A stretch of DNA of 36,850 nucleotides from Bdellovibrionota bacterium FG-1. Lineage in GTDB: Bacteria; Bdellovibrionota; UBA1018. The position numbers were made by a program, and so were the translations under genes. Under the pieces are notes generated by a model. The model saw nothing but the letters and a program-made list of their open reading frames with translations. It did not search any database and had not been told where the DNA came from. Each line of letters begins with the position of its first letter. Within the stretch, counting starts at the first letter, position 1. The stretch lies in NCBI GenBank assembly GCA_051382295.1, contig JBBCAW010000009.1, positions 1 through 36,850 on the forward strand, written 5' to 3'. Below are positions 27,284 to 36,173 of the stretch, one piece after another.

Positions 27284-28435
27284 TTATAACGCTCGGTCAT
27301 AAATCCGGTAGACTTTTGTGCGCTCGCCACACATCAACTGAAGAGCTTTGTTCATGGGACCATTGTCTTCCAAGATCCACGAGGCCTCACCCCGGGGATA
27401 GCCTAACTCGGGACCTCGTTTAAAATATTCCGTATAAAGCAAAGGACCAATTCCCAATTCACGAAACTGCCTTTTTATTCCCAAAGTAACGATTCGGCAT
27501 CGGTTGATCGTCTTTTTGCGCCCGGGCCCCTTCAGATTCCAAAGTAATTGAGCTAACCCCGTTGGAAAAAGCTGACCGTCTTTTACTTTTTTGAAAACTT
27601 GATTCACATCGGGCAAGGCCAAGGCAAAGCCCGCAGGCTGCCCCCGAACCTCCGCAATGAAAACCAACCGAGGATCTAAAATCATTTTCAGATCCTGAGC
27701 CAAATGGCGAAATTCTTCGGTGTTCATGGGCACAAAACCCCAGTTTCCTTCCCAAGCATCGTTGTAGATATCCTGAATAATCTCGAGCTCACGATCAAAA
27801 TTTTTCAACTCAGCAATTCGAATCTTCACGGCCCCCTTGGCTTTGAGCCGTTCCGCCTGCGCCAAAAGGCGCTCAGAAAACCGGGCTTTTCGTCCATTGA
27901 TTTCATAGGCCAGCAAATCCTTGGACTTGACCAACCCCCACGCTTCCAGCAACGGCCCATAGTAAGGAGGGTTGTAAGTCATCATGACAGTGGGCGAATC
28001 GTTAAACCCGTCAACCAACAGACCACATTCATGATTAATGCTGGGATTCATCGGTCCGCGCAGGGTCTTCATGCCTTTTTTCTTTGCCCAAGCCGCCACA
28101 TCGTCCATCAGCGCCCGGCAAAGCACGGGGTCGTCGGTCATTTCCAAAAAACCAAAAAACGCCGTTTTTTCGTTGTGAAACCGATTATGATTTTCATCCA
28201 CAATGCCCACAACGCGCCCTACGACTTGATCCCCGCGGTAGGCCATAATGGCATGCATGAAGGCGTGTTTAAAAAATGGATTTTTTTGGACGTCCAAAAG
28301 ATCCCGGACCGCTATTTTAAGGGGAGGAACCCAATGCGAATCTTTCGCATAAATGTCCCAGGGCAGCGCAATGAACTTTTTCCACTCAGCGGCCGTTTCA
28401 ACGATCTTGAGAGTCAACATCTTGATTTTATACAT
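27284..28435 (-). CDS. Tandem-GNAT N-acyltransferase (YghO-like; resembles the bacterial ceramide synthase family)
   Basis: FIALPWDIY..D.HWVPPL, NPFF, FFGFLE, GPMNPS.N.ECGLLV.GF, YNPPYY, NWGFVP, LPDVNQ, EASWILEDN and YRIY. Confidence 0.8.
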   Translation of the reverse strand: MYKIKMLTLKIVETAAEWKKFIALPWDIYAKDSHWVPPLKIAVRDLLDVQKNPFFKHAFMHAIMAYRGDQVVGRVVGIVDENHNRFHNEKTAFFGFLEMTDDPVLCRALMDDVAAWAKKKGMKTLRGPMNPSINHECGLLVDGFNDSPTVMMTYNPPYYGPLLEAWGLVKSKDLLAYEINGRKARFSERLLAQAERLKAKGAVKIRIAELKNFDRELEIIQDIYNDAWEGNWGFVPMNTEEFRHLAQDLKMILDPRLVFIAEVRGQPAGFALALPDVNQVFKKVKDGQLFPTGLAQLLWNLKGPGRKKTINRCRIVTLGIKRQFRELGIGPLLYTEYFKRGPELGYPRGEASWILEDNGPMNKALQLMCGERTKVYRIYDRAL

Positions 28436-28469
28436 AAAAAAAATAAAATCTGAAAACCAATTTTTTAAC

Positions 28470-28496
28470 TAAAGTTCTTTTCCTGATTGCCGATAA
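28470..28496 (+). promoter_or_regulatory. sigma28 (FliA) promoter
   Basis: TAAAGTTC-N11-GCCGATAA, one mismatch from the canonical TAAAGTTT-N11-GCCGATAA. Confidence 0.85.
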
Positions 28497-28599
28497 GCTA
28501 GGAAACCCCGAGATCCATAACGCACTGCACCCGGGCGCATACGGTGGCAACTGAGTGGGATATCGGGGCCTTCCTCGGCAGGAAGGTCCATAGGGACAC

Positions 28600-29088
28600 G
28601 TGCTACCAAGAGTCAGTTCAGCTCTAGCACAGCATATTTCGCCCATTTCTACTGCCTCGACTTCCCACCAGCAGGCGTCGAATCAGAATGCTCACTCCAA
28701 GCCCAAGCAGCAGGAGTCGCCATCTGAGGAGAAGGCCCCGCAGGAGGAACCGAGACAACAGCAGGGCCAACCCCCAGAGTCGCCGCAGACACCGCAGGCG
28801 CATTCAGGTGCTCCACCAGGAGCAACGATCATTCCCTTTCCGAGCAAAAAAGGAGAGGTTCAATATGACGCCTCAGGGTTTCCTATAGTGAATGCCCAGG
28901 TCGAGGAGCGTCCAAGAATTCCACCCGGAATCACCCTCGCCTTAATTGAGTTCGTTCATCTCCTTCAAAAGCAACGCACCACCCTCCTGGGTTGGCTTGG
29001 GGCAACGGTCTACAAAACCGCCCCACGGTTGCAAAAGAAGGGGGGGAGAGTGCGCAAAGGTATGATGCTAGACGAAGACGCGCACTAG
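28600..29088 (+). CDS. Hypothetical protein, Gln/Pro/Glu-rich disordered N-terminal half, probably FliA-dependent
   Basis: GTG start with AGGGA upstream; lies downstream of the sigma28 promoter; C-terminus ..YK......KKG...RKGMMLDEDAH. Confidence 0.75.
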   Translation: MLPRVSSALAQHISPISTASTSHQQASNQNAHSKPKQQESPSEEKAPQEEPRQQQGQPPESPQTPQAHSGAPPGATIIPFPSKKGEVQYDASGFPIVNAQVEERPRIPPGITLALIEFVHLLQKQRTTLLGWLGATVYKTAPRLQKKGGRVRKGMMLDEDAH

Positions 29089-29110
29089 TGAGCGTCACGC
29101 GCTTCCTGAG

Positions 29111-29788
29111 CTAAGCGGTAGTCTTAAGAATGTATCCAGAACCGTAGATCGTCTCCAGCGGATGGTCGAAACCCCGGATTTTTTTTCGCAAATTTGCGAC
29201 GTGGGTATCGACTGTCCGATTGGTGACAATGGCATCAGGCCAGAGGTCACCCAAAAGCTTGTGCCGATCCACGACTTCGTTGGGATGCTCGATGAAATAC
29301 CGAAGCAACTCAAACTCAATCCGGGTGAGTTTGATGGCATTTGAATCGACCCAAACCTGAAAAGATTTGGCTTCGAGCTTGAGATTGCCTAGCTCAAGAA
29401 CCGACTCTGCCTGACGAACCGCTTCGTGGACACGTAACCGCGCTTGGACGCGTGCGACTAACTCCCGCACCTGGAAGGGCTTCGTAATATAGTCGTCGGC
29501 ACCGATATCGAGGCCTCGGACCCGGCTATCTAAACTGGAAGCCGTGGTCAGCATAATAATGGGCAATTGCCGGGTATTGGGATGTTCTCGAAGTTTTTTA
29601 CAAACCTCAAAACCATCCATTTCAGGCATGTTGACATCGAGAAGTAAAAGATCGGGTTGCTGGCGAATCGCAAGCGAAACACCTTCCCGCCCCGAAGTCG
29701 CAATGAGCGCCTCAAACTTGTCTCGAAGCATGTCAGCAACCAGCTGACCATTTTCAATATCATCATCAATGATGAGAACTTTTTTCAT
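29111..29788 (-). CDS. OmpR/PhoB-family response regulator (no adjacent kinase)
   Basis: IIDDD, LLDVNMPEMDG, GADDYITKPF, LTRIEFELL, RTVDTHVANLRKK and TIYGSGY. Confidence 0.95.
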   Translation of the reverse strand: MKKVLIIDDDIENGQLVADMLRDKFEALIATSGREGVSLAIRQQPDLLLLDVNMPEMDGFEVCKKLREHPNTRQLPIIMLTTASSLDSRVRGLDIGADDYITKPFQVRELVARVQARLRVHEAVRQAESVLELGNLKLEAKSFQVWVDSNAIKLTRIEFELLRYFIEHPNEVVDRHKLLGDLWPDAIVTNRTVDTHVANLRKKIRGFDHPLETIYGSGYILKTTA

Positions 29789-29830
29789 AAGAATGAGTAG
29801 ATCAGCATACTTCAGGCAGAATAGCTAGAA

Positions 29831-29847
29831 TGTGAAGTATGTGTGAA
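29831..29847 (-). promoter_or_regulatory. Tandem direct repeat with an 11-bp period, candidate OmpR/PhoB-type box
   Basis: Minus strand TTCACA-CATAC-TTCACA, with a TATGCT -10-like hexamer downstream (29804-29809), ahead of the regulator start. Confidence 0.45.
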
Positions 29848-29850
29848 TTA

Positions 29851-30198
29851 TTATTCACTCAAAAGGTGGAGATGGAGATGAAAAATCGTCTGTCCGCCAT
29901 GGACTCCCGTATTGATCACTGACCTAAAACCGCCCGGCAGCAACCGGTTAGCTCGGGCAATATGAGTGCCGACTTCAAAAAGTCGGCCCACTAAATCCGT
30001 TTGGGCAGCGCCGCTCTGGGGAAAGGCCGCGTCCAAGGACTCGATATGCTGTTTAGGAAGAACCAAGAGATGTATTTTGGCCTGAGGATGAATGTCCCGA
30101 ATACAAATAAAAGACTCATCTTCGAAAATCCGCGGAGCAGGGATCTGACCCGAAATAATTTTACAGAAAATACAAGCTTCCTTCGACGCATCAGTCAT
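29851..30198 (-). CDS. HIT-family nucleotide-binding protein
   Basis: CIFCKI, DIHPQA..H.LV.PK.H and GGQTIFHLHLHLL; overlaps the murA stop by 4 nt. Confidence 0.95.
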   Translation of the reverse strand: MTDASKEACIFCKIISGQIPAPRIFEDESFICIRDIHPQAKIHLLVLPKQHIESLDAAFPQSGAAQTDLVGRLFEVGTHIARANRLLPGGFRSVINTGVHGGQTIFHLHLHLLSE

Positions 30199-31451
30199 CG
30201 GATCCTTTCAATCTCAGCTCCCAGGGCTGAAAGCTTAGCCTCCATCCGTTCATATCCCCGATCCAAATGATAAATTCGATTAATGAGGGTTTCACCTTCA
30301 GCACAAAGACCCCCTAAAATCAAACTCGCGCTTGCGCGCAAATCAGTTGCCATAATAGGCGCCCCAAGTAGGCGTTTTTGGCCACGAATCACCGCGGTAT
30401 TGCCACGAATAGTAATATCGGCACCCAAGCGGCAAAGCTCTGAAACATGCATAAAGCGATTTTCAAAAATCGTTTCAGTCATCAAAGAGGTCCCCTCTGC
30501 CACCGCCATAAGCGCCATAAATTGGGCCTGCATGTCAGTCGGAAAACCAGGATAAGGCAAAGTAGTCACATCGGTCGAACGCGGTCGATCTGCAGCAGCA
30601 ATTTCAATAAAGTCTTGCCCTCGGGTCACTCGCGCACCTGAATCTTCGAATTTAACCAAGACCGATTCCAAAAAAATCGGATCCAATCCTTCAACCCGCA
30701 CTGTCCCTTGAGTGGCACAGGCGGCGGCTAAAAAAGTCCCCGCCTCGATGCGATCCCCCATGATCTGATAGTCGCAGCCTTGTAGAGAGGTCTTACCCTG
30801 AATGCGGATCACTTCGGATCCCTCGCCTGCGATCTCCGCCCCCATCGCCCGCAGCGCTCTTGCCAAGTCAACAATTTCAGGCTCCCGAGCGCAATTTTCA
30901 AGAACGGTTTCCCCTTCCGCAAGGGTCGCGGCCATCATAATATTTTCAGTCGCACCCACACTCGGAAATTCAAACGCGATCCGCGCACCTTTGAGTTTCT
31001 TGGCCGACGCAATGACATAACCATTTTCAAGCTCAATGGTCGCACCCAATTTTTCAAGCGCCGTCAGGTGAAAATTGATCGGCCGCGCCCCAATCGCACA
31101 ACCTCCTGGCAAACTGACTTTGGCTTTGCCGAAACGTGCCAACAAAGGGCCCAAAACCACCACCGATGCTCGCATCGTTCGGACCAAATCATAGGGAGCT
31201 TCAGTGTTCTGGATTGCGTGCCCGCTCAAGGTGACTTGGTTTTGATCCAGATAATCTTCGAGTTCCACGCCCATATTTTGCAGAAGCTTGAGGACGGTTC
31301 GAACATCTTGTAAATTGGGAACCTGTCGAAACCGGCAAGGCTTCTCCGTCAACAACGAGGCGATCAAGATTGGAAGCGCCGCGTTTTTGGAACCACTCAC
31401 CTGCACTGTACCATGAAGGGCCTTGCCCCCACGAATTCGCATTTTATCCAT
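30195..31451 (-). CDS. murA: UDP-N-acetylglucosamine 1-carboxyvinyltransferase
   Basis: SGSKNAALP, MRAS, LPGGCAIGARP, SVGATEN, PGFPTDMQAQ, FENRFMH, TDLRAS and HLDRGYE. Confidence 0.98.
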   Translation of the reverse strand: MDKMRIRGGKALHGTVQVSGSKNAALPILIASLLTEKPCRFRQVPNLQDVRTVLKLLQNMGVELEDYLDQNQVTLSGHAIQNTEAPYDLVRTMRASVVVLGPLLARFGKAKVSLPGGCAIGARPINFHLTALEKLGATIELENGYVIASAKKLKGARIAFEFPSVGATENIMMAATLAEGETVLENCAREPEIVDLARALRAMGAEIAGEGSEVIRIQGKTSLQGCDYQIMGDRIEAGTFLAAACATQGTVRVEGLDPIFLESVLVKFEDSGARVTRGQDFIEIAAADRPRSTDVTTLPYPGFPTDMQAQFMALMAVAEGTSLMTETIFENRFMHVSELCRLGADITIRGNTAVIRGQKRLLGAPIMATDLRASASLILGGLCAEGETLINRIYHLDRGYERMEAKLSALGAEIERIR

Positions 31452-31462
31452 GACCCAACTTT

Positions 31463-32404
31463 CTACCCTTTTTCAGCCCAAGTTGCGATCAAAACTCGGG
31501 ACCTCCCGGTTAAATCAGGCAGAATGGTGACTGAAGACCACCTCTCGGCCTTAAAGATTTCAACGATTTGATCGGCCCGTTCCGGTGGAATCTCCATGAA
31601 TGCGCAAGCCCCTTCAAGCAAGAGCTCTTTGCCACCCTGGGCAATAGCTCGATAAAAATAAACTAAATCTTCCGACGGCGCAAAGAGCGCTGCGCCCGGT
31701 TCATGTTGCAGGACCTCTTCTTCGATGGGATCTGATTTTCCCAAATAGGGGGGATTACTGATCAGGAAGTCAGCCCTTAGTTCCGGCCCGCCTTTCCTAA
31801 AAGGCTCACACACCTCCAAGGGAGACTCAGACCTCAGAATTTTCAGGCGGCAGCCTGCCAGCCCCAAAATACGATGCGCATTGCTCTGGGCCCGCTGCCG
31901 CGCCTCGACGGTGAGTTCAGTGGCAATCATCTCAAGCGAGGGAAAGGCGCAAAGCAACTCAATGGAGATCGCCCCACTTCCAATCCCGATCTCGAGACCC
32001 AACTGGGGTTCGAGGCCTCGAGCAGCTAGCCTTTCAATCGTCTGCACAACCAAGAATTCCGTTTCGGGTCGAGGAATTAAAACGTCCGGCCCGACTTCGT
32101 ACTCATGCTCCAAAAAAACTTGAACTCCCGTCACGTGTTGAAGCGGCTTTCCCTCGGCGCGCATCCCTGCCATCAAAAGCAATTTGTCGGCTGCAGCTTC
32201 AGGAAAGCGATCTTCGAGTCTTGAAAAAAAATCCAGCCTCGACAACGCCTTGCCTGTGGCCTGAAAAACGGCGGTTTGGACGAGAATTTCTGCCTCGGCC
32301 TCAATCGATCCTTTGGCAACCAGTTGGGCGTTAGCACCCAGCACTTCTCGCGCGGCTTTGAGCGCTTGCTGAAAACTATGCGGCCGCTCGCGATAGTTAG
32401 CCAA
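31463..32404 (-). CDS. prmC: Release factor glutamine methyltransferase (HemK)
   Basis: PLQHVTG, VLIPRPETE, EIGIGSGAI, SNPPY and EP..ALF; follows prfA. Confidence 0.95.
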   Translation of the reverse strand: MANYRERPHSFQQALKAAREVLGANAQLVAKGSIEAEAEILVQTAVFQATGKALSRLDFFSRLEDRFPEAAADKLLLMAGMRAEGKPLQHVTGVQVFLEHEYEVGPDVLIPRPETEFLVVQTIERLAARGLEPQLGLEIGIGSGAISIELLCAFPSLEMIATELTVEARQRAQSNAHRILGLAGCRLKILRSESPLEVCEPFRKGGPELRADFLISNPPYLGKSDPIEEEVLQHEPGAALFAPSEDLVYFYRAIAQGGKELLLEGACAFMEIPPERADQIVEIFKAERWSSVTILPDLTGRSRVLIATWAEKG

Positions 32405-32407
32405 AAC

Positions 32408-33481
32408 TTAACCCCCGATGCCTTGAGCCTTGAGTGCTTCCATCTGATAAAACGACTGCAAGCTCGAAATCACTTCGTCAATACGGCCTTCCATAATATC
32501 GGGCAACTGATGAAGCGTGAGCCCAATTCGATGGTCCGTCAGACGACCTTGCGGGAAATTATAAGTTCGAATTCGCTCGCTTCGATCCCCCGTGCCGACC
32601 ATAGCCCGGCGCGCGTCAGACACAGTTTTAGCCGCCTTTGCAAGCTCAAGATCCAAAAGCCGCGACCGCAAAATCTTCATGGCCTTGTCTTTATTTTTGT
32701 GTTGAGAGCGCTCATCTTGACAGACCACGACTAGACCGGAGGGAATGTGGGTGATTCGCACAGCGGAGTCAGTAGTATTGACACCTTGGCCGCCCGCCCC
32801 CCCCGAACGGAACACATCGATTCGGAGGTCCCCCGGGTTGATGTTCACATCCACTTCTTCAGCTTCCGGCATGACTGCGACGGTGACCGTCGAAGTATGA
32901 ATTCGTCCTTGTGCCTCGGTGGCAGGCACGCGCTGCACGCGATGAACGCCTCCCTCGAATTTGAGGCGACTAAAGGCTCCTTGAGCTTGAATTTCTGCGA
33001 TAATTTCTCGCATCCCGCCCAAACCGGTGGGATTGGTTGAAAGCACGTCTACCCGCCAGCCCTGGCGCTCGCAATACCGTTGATAGAGTCTAAACAGTTC
33101 AAAAGCAAAAAGTGCGGCTTCTTCGCCACCAGTGCCGGCACGAATTTCGAGAACCACGTTTTTGTGATCGTTAGGATCCGTCGGAAGCAATAAAATCTGG
33201 AGGGTCCGCTTCGATTGATCGAGCGCAGGTTGGAGCACATTAAGCTCTTCCTTGGCCATGTCTGAAATTTCAGAATCCCTGCCATACATGAGCTCACGAT
33301 TGGACGCGATCTCCGCCTGAATTTTTTTGTAGCGCCGATATTCGGCCACGACCTCACCAATGGAGGCGTGCTCTTGAGATAATCTTCGAAACTCAGAAGG
33401 TTGGTTGGCAATGCCGGGGTCGCCAAGACGACTTTCGATTTCCAGAAAGTGTTGCTCAACCGATTCAAGCTTATCGAACAT
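32408..33481 (-). CDS. prfA: Peptide chain release factor 1
   Basis: [24 protein letters not shown] (PxT motif), GGQ and [14 protein letters not shown]. Confidence 0.98.
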   Translation of the reverse strand: MFDKLESVEQHFLEIESRLGDPGIANQPSEFRRLSQEHASIGEVVAEYRRYKKIQAEIASNRELMYGRDSEISDMAKEELNVLQPALDQSKRTLQILLLPTDPNDHKNVVLEIRAGTGGEEAALFAFELFRLYQRYCERQGWRVDVLSTNPTGLGGMREIIAEIQAQGAFSRLKFEGGVHRVQRVPATEAQGRIHTSTVTVAVMPEAEEVDVNINPGDLRIDVFRSGGAGGQGVNTTDSAVRITHIPSGLVVVCQDERSQHKNKDKAMKILRSRLLDLELAKAAKTVSDARRAMVGTGDRSERIRTYNFPQGRLTDHRIGLTLHQLPDIMEGRIDEVISSLQSFYQMEALKAQGIGG

Positions 33482-33485
33482 GACG

Positions 33486-34529
33486 TTAAGCCTCTGGAAA
33501 TTCAGCCACGTTGGCGTGGATCAAGCCCAGATCTGAAAGCTGGGTGATCTCCATTGCTTGCTCAGAAATCGGAACCCCTTTTTCCAAGCGAAGTACGGCT
33601 TGCAAAGAGGCCAGCGCCACTTCGAGTTGATCGTCGGTTGGTTCGCGGGTGGTTAATTTTTGTAAAAACATTCCAGGCCAAATGATTGCCCTAAAAATCG
33701 GGTTTTCCATGCGGCAGGCGCACATTTTGATAAACTCGTAAGACAGTCCGGCCACGGGCAGCATTAAAACGATCTTAATCAAGATCATCAGCGCGTGATT
33801 CAAAACAGGATTCGCCGCAAGCTCCGTGAGCCTAAAAACCGGAAAAATGATGCTAAATACGGCAATGCTAATCAAAACCAAAAAAAGCAAAAAGCTGGTC
33901 CCACACCGAGGGTGCAGGGTCGTATACTTCCTGGCGTTTTCAACGGTCAATTCTTCTTTGGCCTCAAAGGCGTAAATCGATTTGTGCTCGGCCCCATGGT
34001 ATTGAAAAACTCGATGAATATCCTTCATCAAGGAAATCAAATACACATAGGTCAAGAGAATCGCCATTTTTAGCAGGCCATCAAAAATATGAAAAAGCGG
34101 GCTCTGCGCGGTAACCCCACTCCCTGACCGAGTCGCAATGACGGCCGTCAAAAAGTGAGGGAGCGCGACAAAGAGACCCAGCCCCAATACAACAGCCGAA
34201 ACAATGGAGGCGACCATGGCCCAGCTGGAAATCTCTTCGCCCAGGTCTTGTTCATCGGCGGCAATATTGGCTGAAAAGCTCAAGGCATCGATGCCCTGAA
34301 GCATGGACTCAAACAACATGACGACCCCACGAAATACGGGCTTCTTTAAAATCGAAAATCGATGAGCCACGCTGAGGTGGGGCTCATTGCGAATAACGAT
34401 TTTTTGATTCGGCTTACGAACCGCGATGGCAATAAAATGCGGGGACCGCATCATAACGCCTTCAATGACGGCCTGACCACCAATGCTTGTAAACTGCGTA
34501 GGGGCTGAATTCTTCATGAGAAGCATCAT
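33486..34529 (-). CDS. DUF1385 family membrane protein
   Basis: [30 protein letters not shown] and LQKLTTREP; usual position between rpmE and prfA. Confidence 0.92.
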   Translation of the reverse strand: MMLLMKNSAPTQFTSIGGQAVIEGVMMRSPHFIAIAVRKPNQKIVIRNEPHLSVAHRFSILKKPVFRGVVMLFESMLQGIDALSFSANIAADEQDLGEEISSWAMVASIVSAVVLGLGLFVALPHFLTAVIATRSGSGVTAQSPLFHIFDGLLKMAILLTYVYLISLMKDIHRVFQYHGAEHKSIYAFEAKEELTVENARKYTTLHPRCGTSFLLFLVLISIAVFSIIFPVFRLTELAANPVLNHALMILIKIVLMLPVAGLSYEFIKMCACRMENPIFRAIIWPGMFLQKLTTREPTDDQLEVALASLQAVLRLEKGVPISEQAMEITQLSDLGLIHANVAEFPEA

Positions 34530-34581
34530 GATAGACCAATATACTGGCCGAGCGCTTCACAAAAAAAACCGGCCGAGCGAT

Positions 34582-34782
34582 TTATTTTTTCTTGTACTTA
34601 TTGAGGAAGCGCTCAACACGGCCTTCAGTGTCCATAAGCTTGTGCTTTCCGGTAAAGAAGGGATGGCAGTTTGAGCAAATTTCGATCTTGATTTTTTCTT
34701 TGGTTGCGCGGGTTTCCATGACATGGCCACAGGCGCATTGAACGGTGGTTTCGCTATAAACGGGGTGAATACCTTGCTTCAT
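34582..34782 (-). CDS. rpmE: 50S ribosomal protein L31 (Zn-binding form)
   Basis: MKQGIHP.Y, CACG, CSNCHPFFTG and GRVERF. Confidence 0.98.
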   Translation of the reverse strand: MKQGIHPVYSETTVQCACGHVMETRATKEKIKIEICSNCHPFFTGKHKLMDTEGRVERFLNKYKKK

Positions 34783-34961
34783 GACGTCTTACCTTTGAAC
34801 AAGCCGGATATCCCATTCTGGTTAATAAATCCGACTCACTTTAATCTGGCGGCTATAATCCCCTTGATTTTGTTGGGGAAACCGCTTCGGGAGGGCATGC
34901 ACCGACCTCAGACGATGGGATGATGGGTTCTTAGCAAAGGGAGCGAGGAGGAGTCAAGGTC

Positions 34962-35059
34962 GGAATTTTCGTGGGGGATGTCGGGGTCGGGCATCCTTGC
35001 CCTCCGCGCAAAAAGCGCTTCCTGCGCGCGCGGATCCCCTCACCCCCACCGAAAATTCC
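34962..35059. repeat. Branched palindromic (REP-like) element
   Basis: The outer stem GGAATTTTCG-TGGGGG / CCCCCA-C-CGAAAATTCC encloses GGGC-ATCCTT-GCCC and a CCGCGC..GCGCGG stem carrying GCGC-TTCCT-GCGC. Confidence 0.7.
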
Positions 35060-35077
35060 TAATGTGGGATCCGCCAA

Positions 35078-35120
35078 GCAGCCGGGGCAGCCGGGGCAGC
35101 CGGGGCAGCCGGGGCAGCCG
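35078..35120. repeat. 9-bp tandem repeat, ~4.8 copies
   Basis: GCAGCCGGG at 35078, 35087, 35096 and 35105, with a partial copy at 35114. Confidence 0.95.
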
Positions 35121-35133
35121 AGCGCTCTCGATA

Positions 35134-35197
35134 TGAGACAATTCCAGCATGAGACAATTCCAGCGTGAGACAATTCCAGCGTGAGACAATTCCAGCA
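35134..35197. repeat. 16-bp tandem repeat, 4 copies
   Basis: TGAGACAATTCCAGCR at 35134, 35150, 35166 and 35182, with no spacers. Confidence 0.95.
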
Positions 35198-35480
35198 AAG
35201 AGCGTGATCAGCGACACGCCAATGCCTATTCTTTGAGAAGCCGGTGAGCTTTACTGCCGATGGACGGCAATAGAAGTCTCTGTCCCCCTACTGAACCGCA
35301 TTTACTGCCGCCAGACGGCTGTTGAGACGCTCTCCATCTTGGCAGTGCAAGATCTTAGACCGGGAGACTGTCTTATCCCCGTTGGCCTTATGAATCGTCA
35401 ATCCGGATTTCGATCATCCCGACCTATTTTCAACACTCAGATAAAGGATAATGCGCCTGAGCGGAGAATTAGATTTCTGT

Positions 35481-35499
35481 AGTAATACTTAGTTATACT
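35481..35499 (+). promoter_or_regulatory. Candidate RHH operator overlapping the -10 box of the TA operon
   Basis: AGTAATACT and AGTTATACT, 10 bp apart; TATACT at 35494-35499; SD GAGGG before ATG 35526. Confidence 0.5.
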
Positions 35500-35525
35500 G
35501 GATAAAATCAAGCCGAGGGATATTT

Positions 35526-35765
35526 ATGCGCACGACCAGGGTCATTGCCTTTTCGGTCCCGCCCGATTTTGAAAATGAGATTCAGAAACACGCTAAAGCC
35601 GAGCACCGGACGATCAGCGAATACATCCGTGAGGCGGTGAGACAGTACATGTCGCTCCGTGAGTTCGAACAGACGAGAAAAACGGTGACCAAGCGAATGA
35701 AACGCAAGGGGCTGAAAGCCTCTGACGTTGAAGCCGCCTTATCCGAAGTTCGAAAGCGCGACTAA
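35526..35765 (+). CDS. Ribbon-helix-helix (CopG-like) antitoxin
   Basis: Beta strand VIAFSVP, then AKAEHRTISEYIREAVRQY; 3 nt upstream of a PIN gene. Confidence 0.88.
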   Translation: MRTTRVIAFSVPPDFENEIQKHAKAEHRTISEYIREAVRQYMSLREFEQTRKTVTKRMKRKGLKASDVEAALSEVRKRD

Positions 35766-35768
35766 CCG

Positions 35769-36173
35769 ATGCTTCGGGCGGTCGTCGATACCAACATCAC
35801 TGTTTCGGGACTTCTTTTTGGAGGACTGCCCCTCAAGGTTATCCACGCGGCTATTGCCAGGCGGTTTGTCTGGGTCACCTCTCCGGTGTTGATGGATGAA
35901 ACCGAGCGCGTGTTGCGCTCGGATAAGTTCGGCCTGAGCACCGATGAAATCAAAGCCCTCATTTCTCCGATCTTTGGCGTTGCTGAGATCGTCATCCCGA
36001 TCCACACGCTCGATGTGATTGAACGCTGCCCCGCTGATAATCGCGTTCTCGAATGCGCAGTTGAAGGCAAGTGCTCGGCAATCGTGAGCGGTGACCGACG
36101 CGATCTTCTCTCCTTAAAAACTTATCGGCATGTGGAGATCATTACAGCCCGCCAATTTCTTGATCGTGTCTGA
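35769..36173 (+). CDS. PIN-domain putative toxin (PIN_3/VapC-like)
   Basis: RAVVDTNI.VSGL, E..RVL, DNRVLECA, IVSGD..DLL.L and IIT..QFL. Confidence 0.92.
   Translation: MLRAVVDTNITVSGLLFGGLPLKVIHAAIARRFVWVTSPVLMDETERVLRSDKFGLSTDEIKALISPIFGVAEIVIPIHTLDVIERCPADNRVLECAVEGKCSAIVSGDRRDLLSLKTYRHVEIITARQFLDRV

Noticed and set aside
27704..28453. 249-aa plus-strand ORF
   Set aside because: Antisense shadow of the GNAT gene; the same applies to most short ORFs overlapping called genes.
34931..35173. 80-aa and 65-aa ORFs over the repeats
   Set aside because: Their GCPGCP/PGQPGQ content is a by-product of the 9-bp repeat and palindrome; no family features.
35134..35197. Possible CRISPR array
   Set aside because: The 16-bp units are contiguous with no spacers, and there are no cas genes.
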